Shown here one piece after another: positions 41,566-52,110 of a DNA stretch of 64,000 bases. Within the stretch, counting starts at the first letter, position 1, and every line of letters begins with the position of its first letter. The stretch is from the NCBI GenBank assembly GCA_963708295.1, contig CAVPSJ010000014.1:160001-224000 (forward strand), read 5' to 3'. Source of the DNA: an uncultured delta proteobacterium. GTDB lineage: Bacteria; Desulfobacterota; BSN033; UBA1163. The translations under genes were made by a program, and so were the position numbers. The notes beneath the pieces are model-generated. The model worked only from the letters and a program-made list of their open reading frames with translations, did no database searches and was not told the DNA's origin.

Positions 41566-44500
41566 ATGTCAGATAAAGAACAAAGAGTAGTTCTTGGAAA
41601 CGAAGCGATTGCCAGAGGCGTGGTGGAGAGCGGGTGTCAATTTTTTGCGGCCTATCCCGGCACTCCCAGCTCGGAGATCCTCCCCGCGATTGTTCGTTTC
41701 AAAAAGGAAAACAATCTGGAGATCTATGTTGAATGGTCTACGAATGAGAAAGTCGCTTTTGAGAATGCGTTGGTGGCCTCTTATACAGGGAAACGAGCTG
41801 CCGTGGCCATGAAGCAGGTGGGGTTGAATGTCGCGACGGATCCCCTGATGAGCTCCGCCTATATCGGAACGATCGGAGGGTTTGTCATCATCAGTTGTGA
41901 CGATCCTGGGCCCTATTCTTCCCAGACCGAACAGGACACCCGGTTTATGGCCATGTTTGCGAAGGTCCCGGTTTTTGATCCTGCCAGTCCGAAAGAGGCC
42001 CAAGAGATGTTACCCATTGCCTTTGAGCTTTCCGAAAAATATCAGATTCCCGTTATCCTCCGTCCCGTCATGAGGGTCTCCCATGCCCAGCAAACCATCA
42101 CGTTCAACCCTATTCACAGAGTTGAAAGGAAAGCCGATTTTCAGCGCAATCCCCAGCGATGGAGCGCCACACCCAGATTTCGGTTTTTGCTCCATAAGCA
42201 GCTCAACGTGAAGCTTCAAAAAATTGCCGAAGAGTTCAGTTCCATGACCTCTCTCAATTTCGTCGAGCATGATCGGGAAAGAGCTTCTCTCGGAATCATC
42301 GCCGGAGGGATCGGTTATGCGATTGCCCGGGATATCGTCAATGAAATGGGCCTCCGGGAAGCGATTCCGATTCTCAAGATCGGGACTCCTTTCCCCTTTC
42401 CGAAAGAGATCGTAGAGGCCTTTATTAAGAAATGTGATCATGTGCTGATTCTCGAAGAAACGGAGCCGGTGATCGAGCTTCAAATACGTGACAAGTCGAA
42501 AGTCACCGGGAGATTGGACGGAAGGATTCCCAACGAAGGAGAAATGCTTCCCGAAGTCATTACCCAGGTGATCTCGGACCTATGTAAAAAGTTCTCCATT
42601 CCCGTAGGGGAGGTTCCTTCTTCAGGACCTCTTGAGAAGCTGGTGGCCGGGCTGGGCTTGCCCATTCGTCGACCGACGCTTTGTTCGGGATGTCCCCATC
42701 GGGCTTCTTTCTTTGCCATCAAGAAAGCTTTCCCGAATGGGATTTTCCCGAGTGACATCGGGTGTTACACCCTGGGGATGAATATGGAGTCTGTCGATAC
42801 CTGCCACGACATGGGAGCAGCCATCACCTTCGCCAGCGGTCTCTACCAGACTTTTCATCAGGATGGCAAAGAGATTCCCATCATCTCCACGATCGGAGAT
42901 TCAACGTTCTATCATTCCGGAGCTCCAGGACTCCTGAATTCCGTCTATAATGGCTCCCGTTTCATTCTTGTGATCCTCGACAACTCCATTACAGCCATGA
43001 CGGGTATGCAGCCGACCCCGGAATCCGGAACCACGGCGGATGGCCATCCGGGCAAAACCCTTTCTCTCGAAGAACTGGTGAAAGGATGTGGCGTCAAATA
43101 CATTCGCGTCGTCAATCCTTACGACATCAAGGGCATGATTCTCGAGGCGAGAAAGGCCTACGAGTATACCAAACAGCACGAGGGGGGGATGGCCGTACTG
43201 ATTTCCCGTTATCCCTGCATCACCTATCAAAAAGAGATCCTCAAGGTTAAGCCTAACAAGGTTGATATCCGCCATATGCCTCCTCCGGAGAAAGATCTTT
43301 CCCAGGTGAAAAGCGGGGCCATGCCGCAATCGCTTTTGCCTGTGTATCAAGACAGAATCGCACCCTGCACCGGGGCCTGTCCAATCCAGGTCGATGCCAG
43401 GGGCTATATCGATCTCATATCAAAAGGAAAGTTTGATGAAGCGCTCGCTCTTGTTCGTCAGCAGAACCCATTCCCTGCCATCACGGGCAGACTCTGCGCC
43501 CGGCCGTGCGAGAAGATCTGCCGAAGGGGGGATGTGGATCAACCGATTGCAATCGACCTTTTGAAACGGTTCGTTGCAGAACGGGAAAACGCCCCTGTCA
43601 TTTAATATCACGCCAGGCCCTGAAAAGGCAGCAAAGGTGGCCATTGTGGGATCTGGCCCCACAGGGCTGATGGCTGCTTATGATTTGCGACGCCATGGCT
43701 ATCCGGTGACCGTCTTTGAGGCCCTTCCTCTACCCGGCGGGACCATGGCCGTGGGGACAGGGCGATTTCGACTGCCGGAGGAGGTACTCAATCGAGAGAT
43801 CGATATCGTCAAGAAACTTGGAGCGAATTTCAAATTCAATACGCGGATTGGTGGCGAGACCTCTCTCAACAGCCTCAGGGCTCAAGGGTTCAAGGCCATC
43901 CTTCTGGCCACAGGAGCTCACAAAGCCAAAAAGTTGAATCTTCCAGGACACGAGGCCAAAGGTGTCGTGGATACCCTGACGTTTCTTAAGAAAGTTACCC
44001 TGAAACAAAAACTTCCTGCTTTTTCGAGGGTGGTGGTGCTGGGTGGAAGTGACCGGGCCCTGGATGCAGCACGGACAGCGCTGAGACTTGGAGCGAAATC
44101 GGTGACGGTTCTATTCAGCCGTTCGCAAAGGGAAATGCCTGCCGAGGCTTCGGAAATCGCTGAGGCAGAGAGAGAGGGAGTGTCCTTTCAGTTTTTCTCG
44201 GTTCCGTCAAAGATTACAGCTTCCCAGGGTAAAGCGATCGGGATCTCCTTCAGAAAAGCCATTCTCAGCGCTCCCACAAGCCTCGGGAGAACAAGGGTGC
44301 AATCTTTACAAGGCCATGAGAAAAAATTGAAGGTTGATCTGGTCATTACCTCACCCACCCTATGTTCCGGATCTTTCTTACTTTGGAGAAGTCGTTCCGC
44401 AAACTGCCTGGAATACAATCCAGGTCGACCCGCTGACATTAGCTACGTCTGTGAAGGGAGTCTTTGCTGGAGGGGATGCAGTCACAGGCCCCAAGAATTT

Positions 44501-45092
44501 TATTGAAGGTCTGGCAGCAGGAAGAAAGGCGGCCCTCTCTATCCATCGTTATTTAAAAGGGGAAGCCCTGGGGAAAAACCGCGAGGTGGAAGGAGCTTCC
44601 ACAGAACTGGTCTCGGTCAATATCGACAGAGTGGAAACCCAGCCAAGAGTGGAGGAATCTGTTCTTCCCGTTGAATCCCGCAAGAAGAATTTTAAGGAGG
44701 TTCATCTTCTACCTTCCGAAGAGGCGTTGATCGCAGAGGCGAAGAGATGCCTCCACTGCGGGGCTTGCACTCAATGCGACACGTGTTCGATCCAGTGCCC
44801 GGAGGGAGCGATTTCCAAGACGGAAGGCGGCTATGTCATCGATTATAGCAAGTGCACAGGCTGCCGGGTTTGTGTCCAGGAGTGCCCGACCTCAGCGATC
44901 GAGATGCCGGCCGTGGGCGCCTGTATTGCCTGCGGGTTCTGTCTCAAGCGGTTCGAATGTCCCTCGTTGCTCAAGGGAGAGGACGGCCGCGTGGAAATCG
45001 ATCGATTAACCTGCGTGGACTGCGGCCTGTGCGCAGAGGTGTGCTGTCAGGAAGGAATCTATCAGGTCAGCTGGATGATGATACAAATGTGA
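41566..45092 (+). CDS. iorA: Indolepyruvate:ferredoxin oxidoreductase alpha with inserted GltD/NfnB-like flavin module; frameshifts near 43590 and 44360
   Basis: LGNEAIARG, YPGTPSSE, MKQVGLNVA, CSGCPH, SDIGCY, IGDSTFYHSG; APC..CP..NPFP..C; GSGPTG; FAGGD; C-terminal CIACGFC..FECP. Confidence 0.82.
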
Positions 45093-45127
45093 AGCTTCAC
45101 TGGCCATAGGCCAGTGCTTAGAAGTCC

Positions 45128-45316
45128 TAAACTCGAAATCGTAAACTCTGATAAAACTCAAATGATCCAAACTGCAAAGTCTCGAACTGAAAAATTACCT
45201 TTTGAGTTTCATATATTTTCGATTTGTTTAGGGTTTAGAGTTTGGTGTTTGAGAGTTTAAATAATTCGGATTGGTCCGAGGCGGACGCTGCGTCCCGATA
45301 TTCGGATTTCGGATTT
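45128..45316. repeat. Degenerate heptamer (AAATCCG/AAATTCG) palindromic repeat tract
   Basis: Same family at 49912-49975, 50320-50405, 50900-51060, 61845-61870, 63910-63935; ~45 bp shared in reverse with 50903-50945. Confidence 0.65.
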
Positions 45317-45333
45317 GGCCAAAGGGCAGTACG

Positions 45334-45900
45334 ATGAATATCCAGATGATCATCTCCGGTGTGGGCGGGCAGGGCGTTCTCCTGGTGACACGGATCTTTT
45401 CAGCCTTTTCCCTTCAAGAAGGGTACCCCCTCATTGGTTCGGAAGACCACGGGATGAGCCAGCGGGGAGGATCGGTGATGACCCATTTGAAAATTGGAAA
45501 TTTCGATAGCCCCCTTGTGAAGAAGGGGAGCGCTGACATTCTCTTATCCCTCGAAAAAAATGAAGCCTACAAGACCCTTCACTATCTCCGAGACGGCGGT
45601 CTCTGTTTTATCAATGCCTCAGATCCGAACGATATGAACCGGGAGATCATGGGGTACCTGAAAGAAAGAGGGATGGAAGCTTATGTGGTTGGAGCGGACC
45701 AGCTTGCGAGGGGTATGGGATCGCCTCAATCGGCCAATATCGCTCTCATCGGGTTTGCCGCATCCCATCCCAGGTTTCCCTTTCCCCATGACAAACTCAG
45801 AGACGCCATCGACCGGGTGACCCCCCAGAGGTTTCGGGAAGCGAGTCTCAAAGTATTTGAGAAAGGGCTCGCTGAAGGCCGAAAATCTGTAAAACCGTAA
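45334..45900 (+). CDS. iorB: Indolepyruvate oxidoreductase beta subunit
   Basis: GVGGQG, HGMSQRGGSV. Confidence 0.9.
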   Translation: MNIQMIISGVGGQGVLLVTRIFSAFSLQEGYPLIGSEDHGMSQRGGSVMTHLKIGNFDSPLVKKGSADILLSLEKNEAYKTLHYLRDGGLCFINASDPNDMNREIMGYLKERGMEAYVVGADQLARGMGSPQSANIALIGFAASHPRFPFPHDKLRDAIDRVTPQRFREASLKVFEKGLAEGRKSVKP

Positions 45901-46140
45901 TTCTTATTTTCAGCCGTCTCTTTTGCAGGCCTGAATTACCTCCCCATCTTCGAATGAGCATTCTATCCTTTGCCTTAGGTCTGTGCGCGCAGGAGAATAC
46001 TCTCTCAATTTTAACCTCAAAATTGGGATTTCCAGCCTGAAACCAGCCTTCATCTTTCAGAGATGATCAAACCGATGAAGCGGTTATTTTGGTCCGACGC
46101 GAGTCCCCGGCTCAAGAACCTGTTCGGAGACGCTTTTTTT

Positions 46141-46437
46141 AGGGCTGATCAAAAATGGACCTGCCTCCGCCGAAACGGCTCCGCGCAGGCAGGCAGACAA
46201 AATTCTTTGAGGGAACGGTCTAGACCCGCTCCCTACCGCTCGACGCTCCAACAAAGCTGCCCCGTGCTTGATACGGGAAGGACGAGGGGTGCCGTTGCGA
46301 CGAATAAGGAGCAACTCTTGGCACGCCCGTGAGACGGTGAACGGGCCGGAAGCCGTTGCGACGAATAAGGAGCGACTCATCGCTACGTCCCCGAAGGGGA
46401 CCGGATAACGTCGTAGATGGGCGTTTTCCAGCAGCCT
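46141..46437. mobile_element. MITE-like element copy 2 (reverse orientation, expanded)
   Basis: AGATGGGCGTTTTCCAGCAGCCT end; internal TTGCGACGAATAAGGAGC duplicated. Confidence 0.65.
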
Positions 46438-46457
46438 TGTCAAAATGCCGAAGTCAA

Positions 46458-47288
46458 TTATGATTTCTTCTTCTTGCTGGCCTTAGCTTTTGAAGGAGAC
46501 TGAGCCATTTCCTTAAAAGTATTCTCCCATTTATCGATCATGGTTTTCAGCTCGTCCAATTTAGCTTTCGCTTCAACGGGCGCGGAGACAAGCATCTTTT
46601 TTGACTTCTCCAAACCCTGGTTAATCGCTTTGGCATCGGTCGTCCAGGCCTGTTTCTTGTCTTTGAGTTTCTTCTCCATTTTTTTGGCCGTGGCCCGCAA
46701 TTTTTTCCAATCTGCCTCAACGGTTTTCAGGGCCGCCTTCGCGTGATTGACAACGGCCTTTTTCCCGGCTTCCACGCCTTCTGCGGCCTTTTCAAAAGCA
46801 GCTTTTGCCCCGATATAACTTTCCTTCGCCCCTCTGTACTTCTCCTCCTTCATCTGGGATTCTGCTCCATCCCATGCCTTCCTGGCGGCTTCGAGATCGG
46901 CAGAGGCGTACTTATCCGCTCCGGCCGACATCGCGGCATCCATCGCTTTCTTGGCAGCCTCTTTTTCCGCATTCGCCTGGTCGGCAGCCGCTTTCTTCCC
47001 GGCTTCAACGGATGCAGCCGCTTTTTCGAAAGCAGCCTTCGCTCCGATATAACTCTCTTTCGCTTCCTTGTACTTTTCCTCTTTCATCTGGGATTCTGCG
47101 GTATCCCATAGCTTATTGGCAGCGTCCAGATCGGCAGAGGCGTATTGATCTGCGCCGGCTGAAAAGGCGGCATTCATCGCTTTCTTGGCAGCTTCTTTCT
47201 CTGCTTCGGGCGGTTTTGAACAACCCACCAATATCATTCCCAGTACAAGAACCACCCATACGAATACGGATAACTTGGTCATTCTCAT
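46458..47288 (-). CDS. Lipoprotein with two ~78-aa Ala/Lys-rich helical repeats (DUF4398-like)
   Basis: Lipobox ILVGC; tandem AEKEAAKKAM...EAGKKA repeats. Confidence 0.8.
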   Translation of the reverse strand: MRMTKLSVFVWVVLVLGMILVGCSKPPEAEKEAAKKAMNAAFSAGADQYASADLDAANKLWDTAESQMKEEKYKEAKESYIGAKAAFEKAAASVEAGKKAAADQANAEKEAAKKAMDAAMSAGADKYASADLEAARKAWDGAESQMKEEKYRGAKESYIGAKAAFEKAAEGVEAGKKAVVNHAKAALKTVEADWKKLRATAKKMEKKLKDKKQAWTTDAKAINQGLEKSKKMLVSAPVEAKAKLDELKTMIDKWENTFKEMAQSPSKAKASKKKKS

Positions 47289-47598
47289 AAACCCATTCCC
47301 TCCTCCGATGATATTTGGTAAAACGTGAAAACTATAAATCAAGTTCTCCTATATCGCAATAGCTGAGCCCGGGAGCAGAACATGGCTTCGTCATAAGGGC
47401 GAATCTCTCCGTAAATGAAATGACGCCAGCCTCAGAAGATAAAATTTTATTGGCGGTCAGGGCACATCAAGGTCAATTTTGGATAGGCGTGTCACAAACC
47501 CGTCACACGTGAAAAGACCCGTCGGCGTTGAATATGATTATTGGTGTTAAGATTCACGTTCTGACCCTAAAATGATATGACCCGAATACTGGTAACTC

Positions 47599-49893
47599 TC
47601 AACCTTGTTTTTCTTTCAGTGCGGCCAATACCTTTTCCGGGGTGATAGGAAGATCTTTGATCCTCACCCCTACGGCATCATAAATGGCATTGGCGATGGC
47701 CGGTGCGGTCGGGACTGATCCCGGTTCACCGATTCCCTTGGCCCCAAAGGGACCGAAGGGATCATTCGTTTCGATCACAATCGGCTCAATATTCGGAACA
47801 TCCTTTGCGGTGAGCATCTTATAGTCGAGGAAGTTTGAATTCATTACCTTGCCATCCTTCAGGATGAGTCTTTCAGTCAGAGCATAACCGATTCCCATGG
47901 TCGCCCCGCCATAAACCTGACCTTCCAGGAGCATGGGATTGATCGCTTTCCCTACGTCGTGGGCAGCAATATATTTGAGGATCTTCACCTGACCGGTTTC
48001 CTTATCCACCTCGACCTCTACGCCGTGTGTCCCATAGGCATAGGTGACCGAGAGATTCCCTTTAAATTCTCTGTCCAAATTCTCGTTGGGGGGATCGTAA
48101 AAGTAGTCTGCCATGATCATGCTTCCACCGGCGGTATAGTGGGCCGCTCTCAGGACCTTTCCCAGGGGAGACTTCTTTTCGAGGTCCTTCTTTGAAAAGA
48201 CCGTTCTATCCCGGATATCTAAATCCTCAGGGTTTTCACCCAATGACTTGGCGGCCACTTCGAGGAGTTGGTTCTTTACTTTCTTCGCTGCCCCCCGGGC
48301 AGAATTTCCAGCCACAAAGGTGGTTCGACTCGCGTGGGCCCCGACATCCCAGGGACAGATATCCGTATCCGTATGGGTGACGACGATATCTTCCACTCTA
48401 ACTCCGAGTTCTTCAGCGGTGATTTGAGCGATCACCGTATCCGAGCCCTGTCCCATATCGGTCGCACCGGTGATCACGTTGACCGTTCCGAAATCGTCGA
48501 TTTTGATGATGGTCCCGCACCCGTCCGATTTATAGACCCGGGCGCCTCCGCCCACATGGATCATCGAAGCCATCCCGATTCCTCTCCCGTCTCCTCTTCC
48601 CCGGTTCTGGCGCCAATCCAACTTTTCTGCCACGACATCGATGCACTCCCTCAGGCCGCAGGTATTGATCTTGAAACTCTGGGGCGTCACTTCACCGGGG
48701 GTGTTGGCATTTCTCATTCTGAAGTCAAGAGGGTCGATCCCGGCCATCTCCGCTAAGATATCAATCTGGGAATCGATCGCAAAGGTCGCTTGAGGGTTTC
48801 CATACCCCCGCATGGCCTGAGAATAGGTATTGTTGGTATAAACACATTTGGCGACATACCGGATATTGGGCACTTTATAGAGGGAGGAGATGGGCATCAT
48901 CATCACCGAAGGCGTGGTGGCGCCCCAGGAAGTATAGGCCCCATTGTCGAGGATCATTCGGATATCGCGAAAGGTCAGTCTTCCATCCTTGGTACAACCC
49001 TGAGCAATATCGATAATCGCAGGCTGTCTGGGAGAGGTGGCAAAAAACTCCTCTTCCCGATTAAAGAGGATCTTGACAGGTTTCCGGGTCTTGTGAGCTA
49101 ATAAGATAGCGACATACTCGAAGGCATAGGTATCGAGTTTGCTTCCAAATCCGCCGCCGATCATCGTTTTGATCACGCGAACCTTCCTGTCCTTCAATCC
49201 CATCGTAGCGAGGGCGTCCATGTAATCCCGCTGAGCGAGAGACGGAATCTGAGTGATGCTGTACATCGTGAGATTATTCTTCTGGTCGAACTGAGCCACA
49301 CAGCCACTCGTTCCCAGGCAACAGTGAGCCACCCAGGTCACTCTAAAACGATCCTCAGCGATGTGAGCAGAGTTTTTTCTTGCTTCATCCACATCTCCCG
49401 CCATTAGCCTCCAGGGGAGGTTGAGGACGTTGGTCGGCTTTTTCTCTTTGCCGCCCACATGTTCTTCGTGGATCAGGACGGCCCCTTCTTTCATGGCTTC
49501 CTCAGGGTCGAAGATGGCAGGAAGAATTTCATATTCGACCTTGATCAGATGGAGCGCCTCCTCGGCGATCTCGGGATCTGCGGCAGCGACCGCAGCGATC
49601 TCATCCCTAAACGAGCAGACCTTATTTGCCTTGAGAGGAACATTGTCTTTATAAACACCAAACTTAATGGGAGGGATGTTGTAACCCGTTAAGACGGCCT
49701 TCACCCCGGGAAGCTTTTCCGCTTTAGAGGTATCGATGCTTTTTATCTTTGCATGGGCATGGGAACTGTAAAGAATTTTTCCATAAAGCATCCCCGGAAT
49801 CTTCAGGTCGTGAATATAAACCGCCTTGCCCGTGACCTTTTCCTCCGCATCCATCTTGGGGATTCGTTTTCCAACGTTGATAAACTCTTCCAT
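47599..49893 (-). CDS. Xanthine dehydrogenase-family Mo large subunit
   Basis: IGGGFGSK, AMRGYG, MGQG, ASR, EGQVYGG, GAKGIGEP (catalytic Glu present). Confidence 0.92.
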   Translation of the reverse strand: MEEFINVGKRIPKMDAEEKVTGKAVYIHDLKIPGMLYGKILYSSHAHAKIKSIDTSKAEKLPGVKAVLTGYNIPPIKFGVYKDNVPLKANKVCSFRDEIAAVAAADPEIAEEALHLIKVEYEILPAIFDPEEAMKEGAVLIHEEHVGGKEKKPTNVLNLPWRLMAGDVDEARKNSAHIAEDRFRVTWVAHCCLGTSGCVAQFDQKNNLTMYSITQIPSLAQRDYMDALATMGLKDRKVRVIKTMIGGGFGSKLDTYAFEYVAILLAHKTRKPVKILFNREEEFFATSPRQPAIIDIAQGCTKDGRLTFRDIRMILDNGAYTSWGATTPSVMMMPISSLYKVPNIRYVAKCVYTNNTYSQAMRGYGNPQATFAIDSQIDILAEMAGIDPLDFRMRNANTPGEVTPQSFKINTCGLRECIDVVAEKLDWRQNRGRGDGRGIGMASMIHVGGGARVYKSDGCGTIIKIDDFGTVNVITGATDMGQGSDTVIAQITAEELGVRVEDIVVTHTDTDICPWDVGAHASRTTFVAGNSARGAAKKVKNQLLEVAAKSLGENPEDLDIRDRTVFSKKDLEKKSPLGKVLRAAHYTAGGSMIMADYFYDPPNENLDREFKGNLSVTYAYGTHGVEVEVDKETGQVKILKYIAAHDVGKAINPMLLEGQVYGGATMGIGYALTERLILKDGKVMNSNFLDYKMLTAKDVPNIEPIVIETNDPFGPFGAKGIGEPGSVPTAPAIANAIYDAVGVRIKDLPITPEKVLAALKEKQG

Positions 49894-49979
49894 TATGGCC
49901 TCCATGCTTCTAAATCCGAAATTCGAATATCGAATCCAGGAAACAAATCCTAAATTCAAATGATCAAATTTCCAAAACT

Positions 49980-50341
49980 TTATTCGCTTTTTCTTAAAAT
50001 AGATCCAAAAATATTCGTAAGTTCTGAAGCTTCGTTCTCTAAATCTTTTCGATCACTTTCCTGCTCCAGTTCATCACAAGGGTCGATTAACCTTAACCAA
50101 TATCGGCTTTCCTTGGCTTCTTTACAGCAGATCTTTATCCTCATAATAAAATCTTGCTTAGCGCTTCATTAGCTTCAATATAATTCGAACCGACAGAGCC
50201 AGAGGCCCTGATAAGCTGCTTGCCATCTTCAATATTCCCTGTTGTTTTGGATAATTTTTTTATGAAAGTTCTAACCTTTCTTGCGAAATTAAGTGTACGA
50301 TCTTCTAAGTCATATGTTTTTGAATTTTGAGTTTTGGTCAT
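49980..50341 (-). CDS. Four helix bundle protein (23S rRNA IVS protein family); frameshift near 50155
   Basis: DLEDRT..F, QLIRASGSVGSNYIEANE, then KEAKESRYWL in the next frame; low GC. Confidence 0.82.
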
Positions 50342-50413
50342 TTGAAATTGGGTTTCGAGTTGATCCCTGCTGGGATGCTTCGCCCGGATTTCGTGCTTCG
50401 AATTTATATTTTT

Positions 50414-50878
50414 TCACTGACCACTGGCTGCTTTGATGGCCTGGACGATTTGCAGATAACCCGTGCAGCGGCACAGATTCCCGGCAATTCCTGTTCGAAT
50501 CTCCGCCTCGGTTGGTTTTGGATTCTCGTCCAGGAGCGCTTTAGCAGAGAGAACCATGCCCGGGGTGCAGAAACCGCATTGGATGGCTCCGTATTCGATG
50601 AAAGCCTTCTGGATGGGGTGGAGTTTTCCCTGGGCATCGGTGAGGCCTTCAATGGTGACCACACTCTTCCCATCCACCTCCATGGCAGGGAAGATGCAGG
50701 AGTTGACGGACTTTCCATCCAAAAGGACGGTGCAGGCGCCGCATTCTCCCATGCCACATCCTTCTTTCGTTCCTGTCAGTTCCAATTGGTTTCTCAATAA
50801 TTGCAGAAGAGTGAGATGAGGTTCGATCTCCACCTCCGCAGACTCACCATTTAACGTGAAACGCAACGACTTCTTCAT
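50414..50878 (-). CDS. Mo-hydroxylase 2x[2Fe-2S] small subunit
   Basis: GTKEGCGMGECGACTV, QCGFCTPG, GNLCRCTGY. Confidence 0.93.
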   Translation of the reverse strand: MKKSLRFTLNGESAEVEIEPHLTLLQLLRNQLELTGTKEGCGMGECGACTVLLDGKSVNSCIFPAMEVDGKSVVTIEGLTDAQGKLHPIQKAFIEYGAIQCGFCTPGMVLSAKALLDENPKPTEAEIRTGIAGNLCRCTGYLQIVQAIKAASGQ

Positions 50879-51075
50879 TGTTTAAGCTCCTTTATTGCTA
50901 AAAATCCGAAATCCGAATATCGGGCGAAGCGTCCGCCTCGGACCAATTCGAAACAAATCCAAATTTCCAATTTTCAAAATTCAAAACTTGTTCGTTTGGG
51001 TCATTTGTATTTCGAAAATTCGTGCTTGTTTCGAACTTCGGATTTCGTGCTTCGAATTTTGTCTTTAAACCATGG

Positions 51076-52047
51076 TTACCACAGCCTTTCCGGGAAGAGG
51101 GTCTCTTCAGGCTGAACCACTCTCTCGATGGATTTCATCGCCATTCGCTTGACCAGGACTCGAACCATATCTTTGCGGTACCACGCCTCTCCCCGAAGAG
51201 TGTCCCTCGGTTGGGCTTCCCGGGAGGCGGTATCGGCCGCCTCCTCCAGGAGTTCGTCACTCAGTTTTCTACCCTTGAGAAGGGCTTCGGCCTTCAATGC
51301 CCTCATCGGCGTCGGCGCTGCCACTCCCAAAGCGATCCTCACGTCCTTGCAGAGGATTTCATCTTCCTCCATCTGATGGAGGATGGTAGAAATAGGGGAA
51401 GCCGTACAGAGCAGGTCTGAACAGGTGACTTTGTTCTTATCGAGTGATAGGAGAACGGAGACCCCTAAGATAGGAAGGTCCAACGCAAGTCGCCTCTGAA
51501 GTTTATGGTAAGCGGAACCGGTATTCGGCAAAAGCTTAGGGACCCATAGCTCTTTAACCATTTCCCCTGTTTTCAAAACGGTTTCCCCCGGCCCCGTGAA
51601 GAACTCCTCAATGGGAACGATTCTTTCTTCCTTAACGCTTTTGATCCTGACCTGCGTTCCGAGAACCAGAAGGGGAGTGGCCGTATCCGCCGAGGGGGCA
51701 GCGGTACAGATGTTCCCGCCAATGGTTGCCACATTACGGATCTGGATAGAGCCGAGATAATCCACCGCATCGGCTAAGGCGGAGAAATCTTTTTTGATGA
51801 TTTCGGATTTCTCAATCGCCCGGTGAGTGACCATCGGTCCGATACTCAAAGATCCATTGTATTGAATCCGGTCCAGACCCGGGATTCCCTGCAGAGAGAT
51901 AAGGATATCTGGAACGATCGTTTTCTGTTTGATCATGACGATGACATCCGTCCCCCCCGCAATCCATTTTGCTTTCTCGCCATATTGATCAAAAAGGCTG
52001 AGAGCTTCGTCGAAGGTCTTTGGTTTAAAATAATCAAACGTTTTCAT
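51076..52047 (-). CDS. Mo-hydroxylase FAD medium subunit
   Basis: AGGTDV, IRNVATIGGN..APSAD; no HcrB-type FeS insert. Confidence 0.92.
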   Translation of the reverse strand: MKTFDYFKPKTFDEALSLFDQYGEKAKWIAGGTDVIVMIKQKTIVPDILISLQGIPGLDRIQYNGSLSIGPMVTHRAIEKSEIIKKDFSALADAVDYLGSIQIRNVATIGGNICTAAPSADTATPLLVLGTQVRIKSVKEERIVPIEEFFTGPGETVLKTGEMVKELWVPKLLPNTGSAYHKLQRRLALDLPILGVSVLLSLDKNKVTCSDLLCTASPISTILHQMEEDEILCKDVRIALGVAAPTPMRALKAEALLKGRKLSDELLEEAADTASREAQPRDTLRGEAWYRKDMVRVLVKRMAMKSIERVVQPEETLFPERLW

Positions 52048-52110
52048 AGAAGCCTCCGATATCCCCTTTCGACAAATTCCCCATCGGGGAGGATGAATAT
52101 TGGCCGAGTT

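Noticed and set aside
49980-50341. Diversity-generating retroelement (Avd-like gene)
   Set aside because: No reverse transcriptase or template/variable repeat pair in the window
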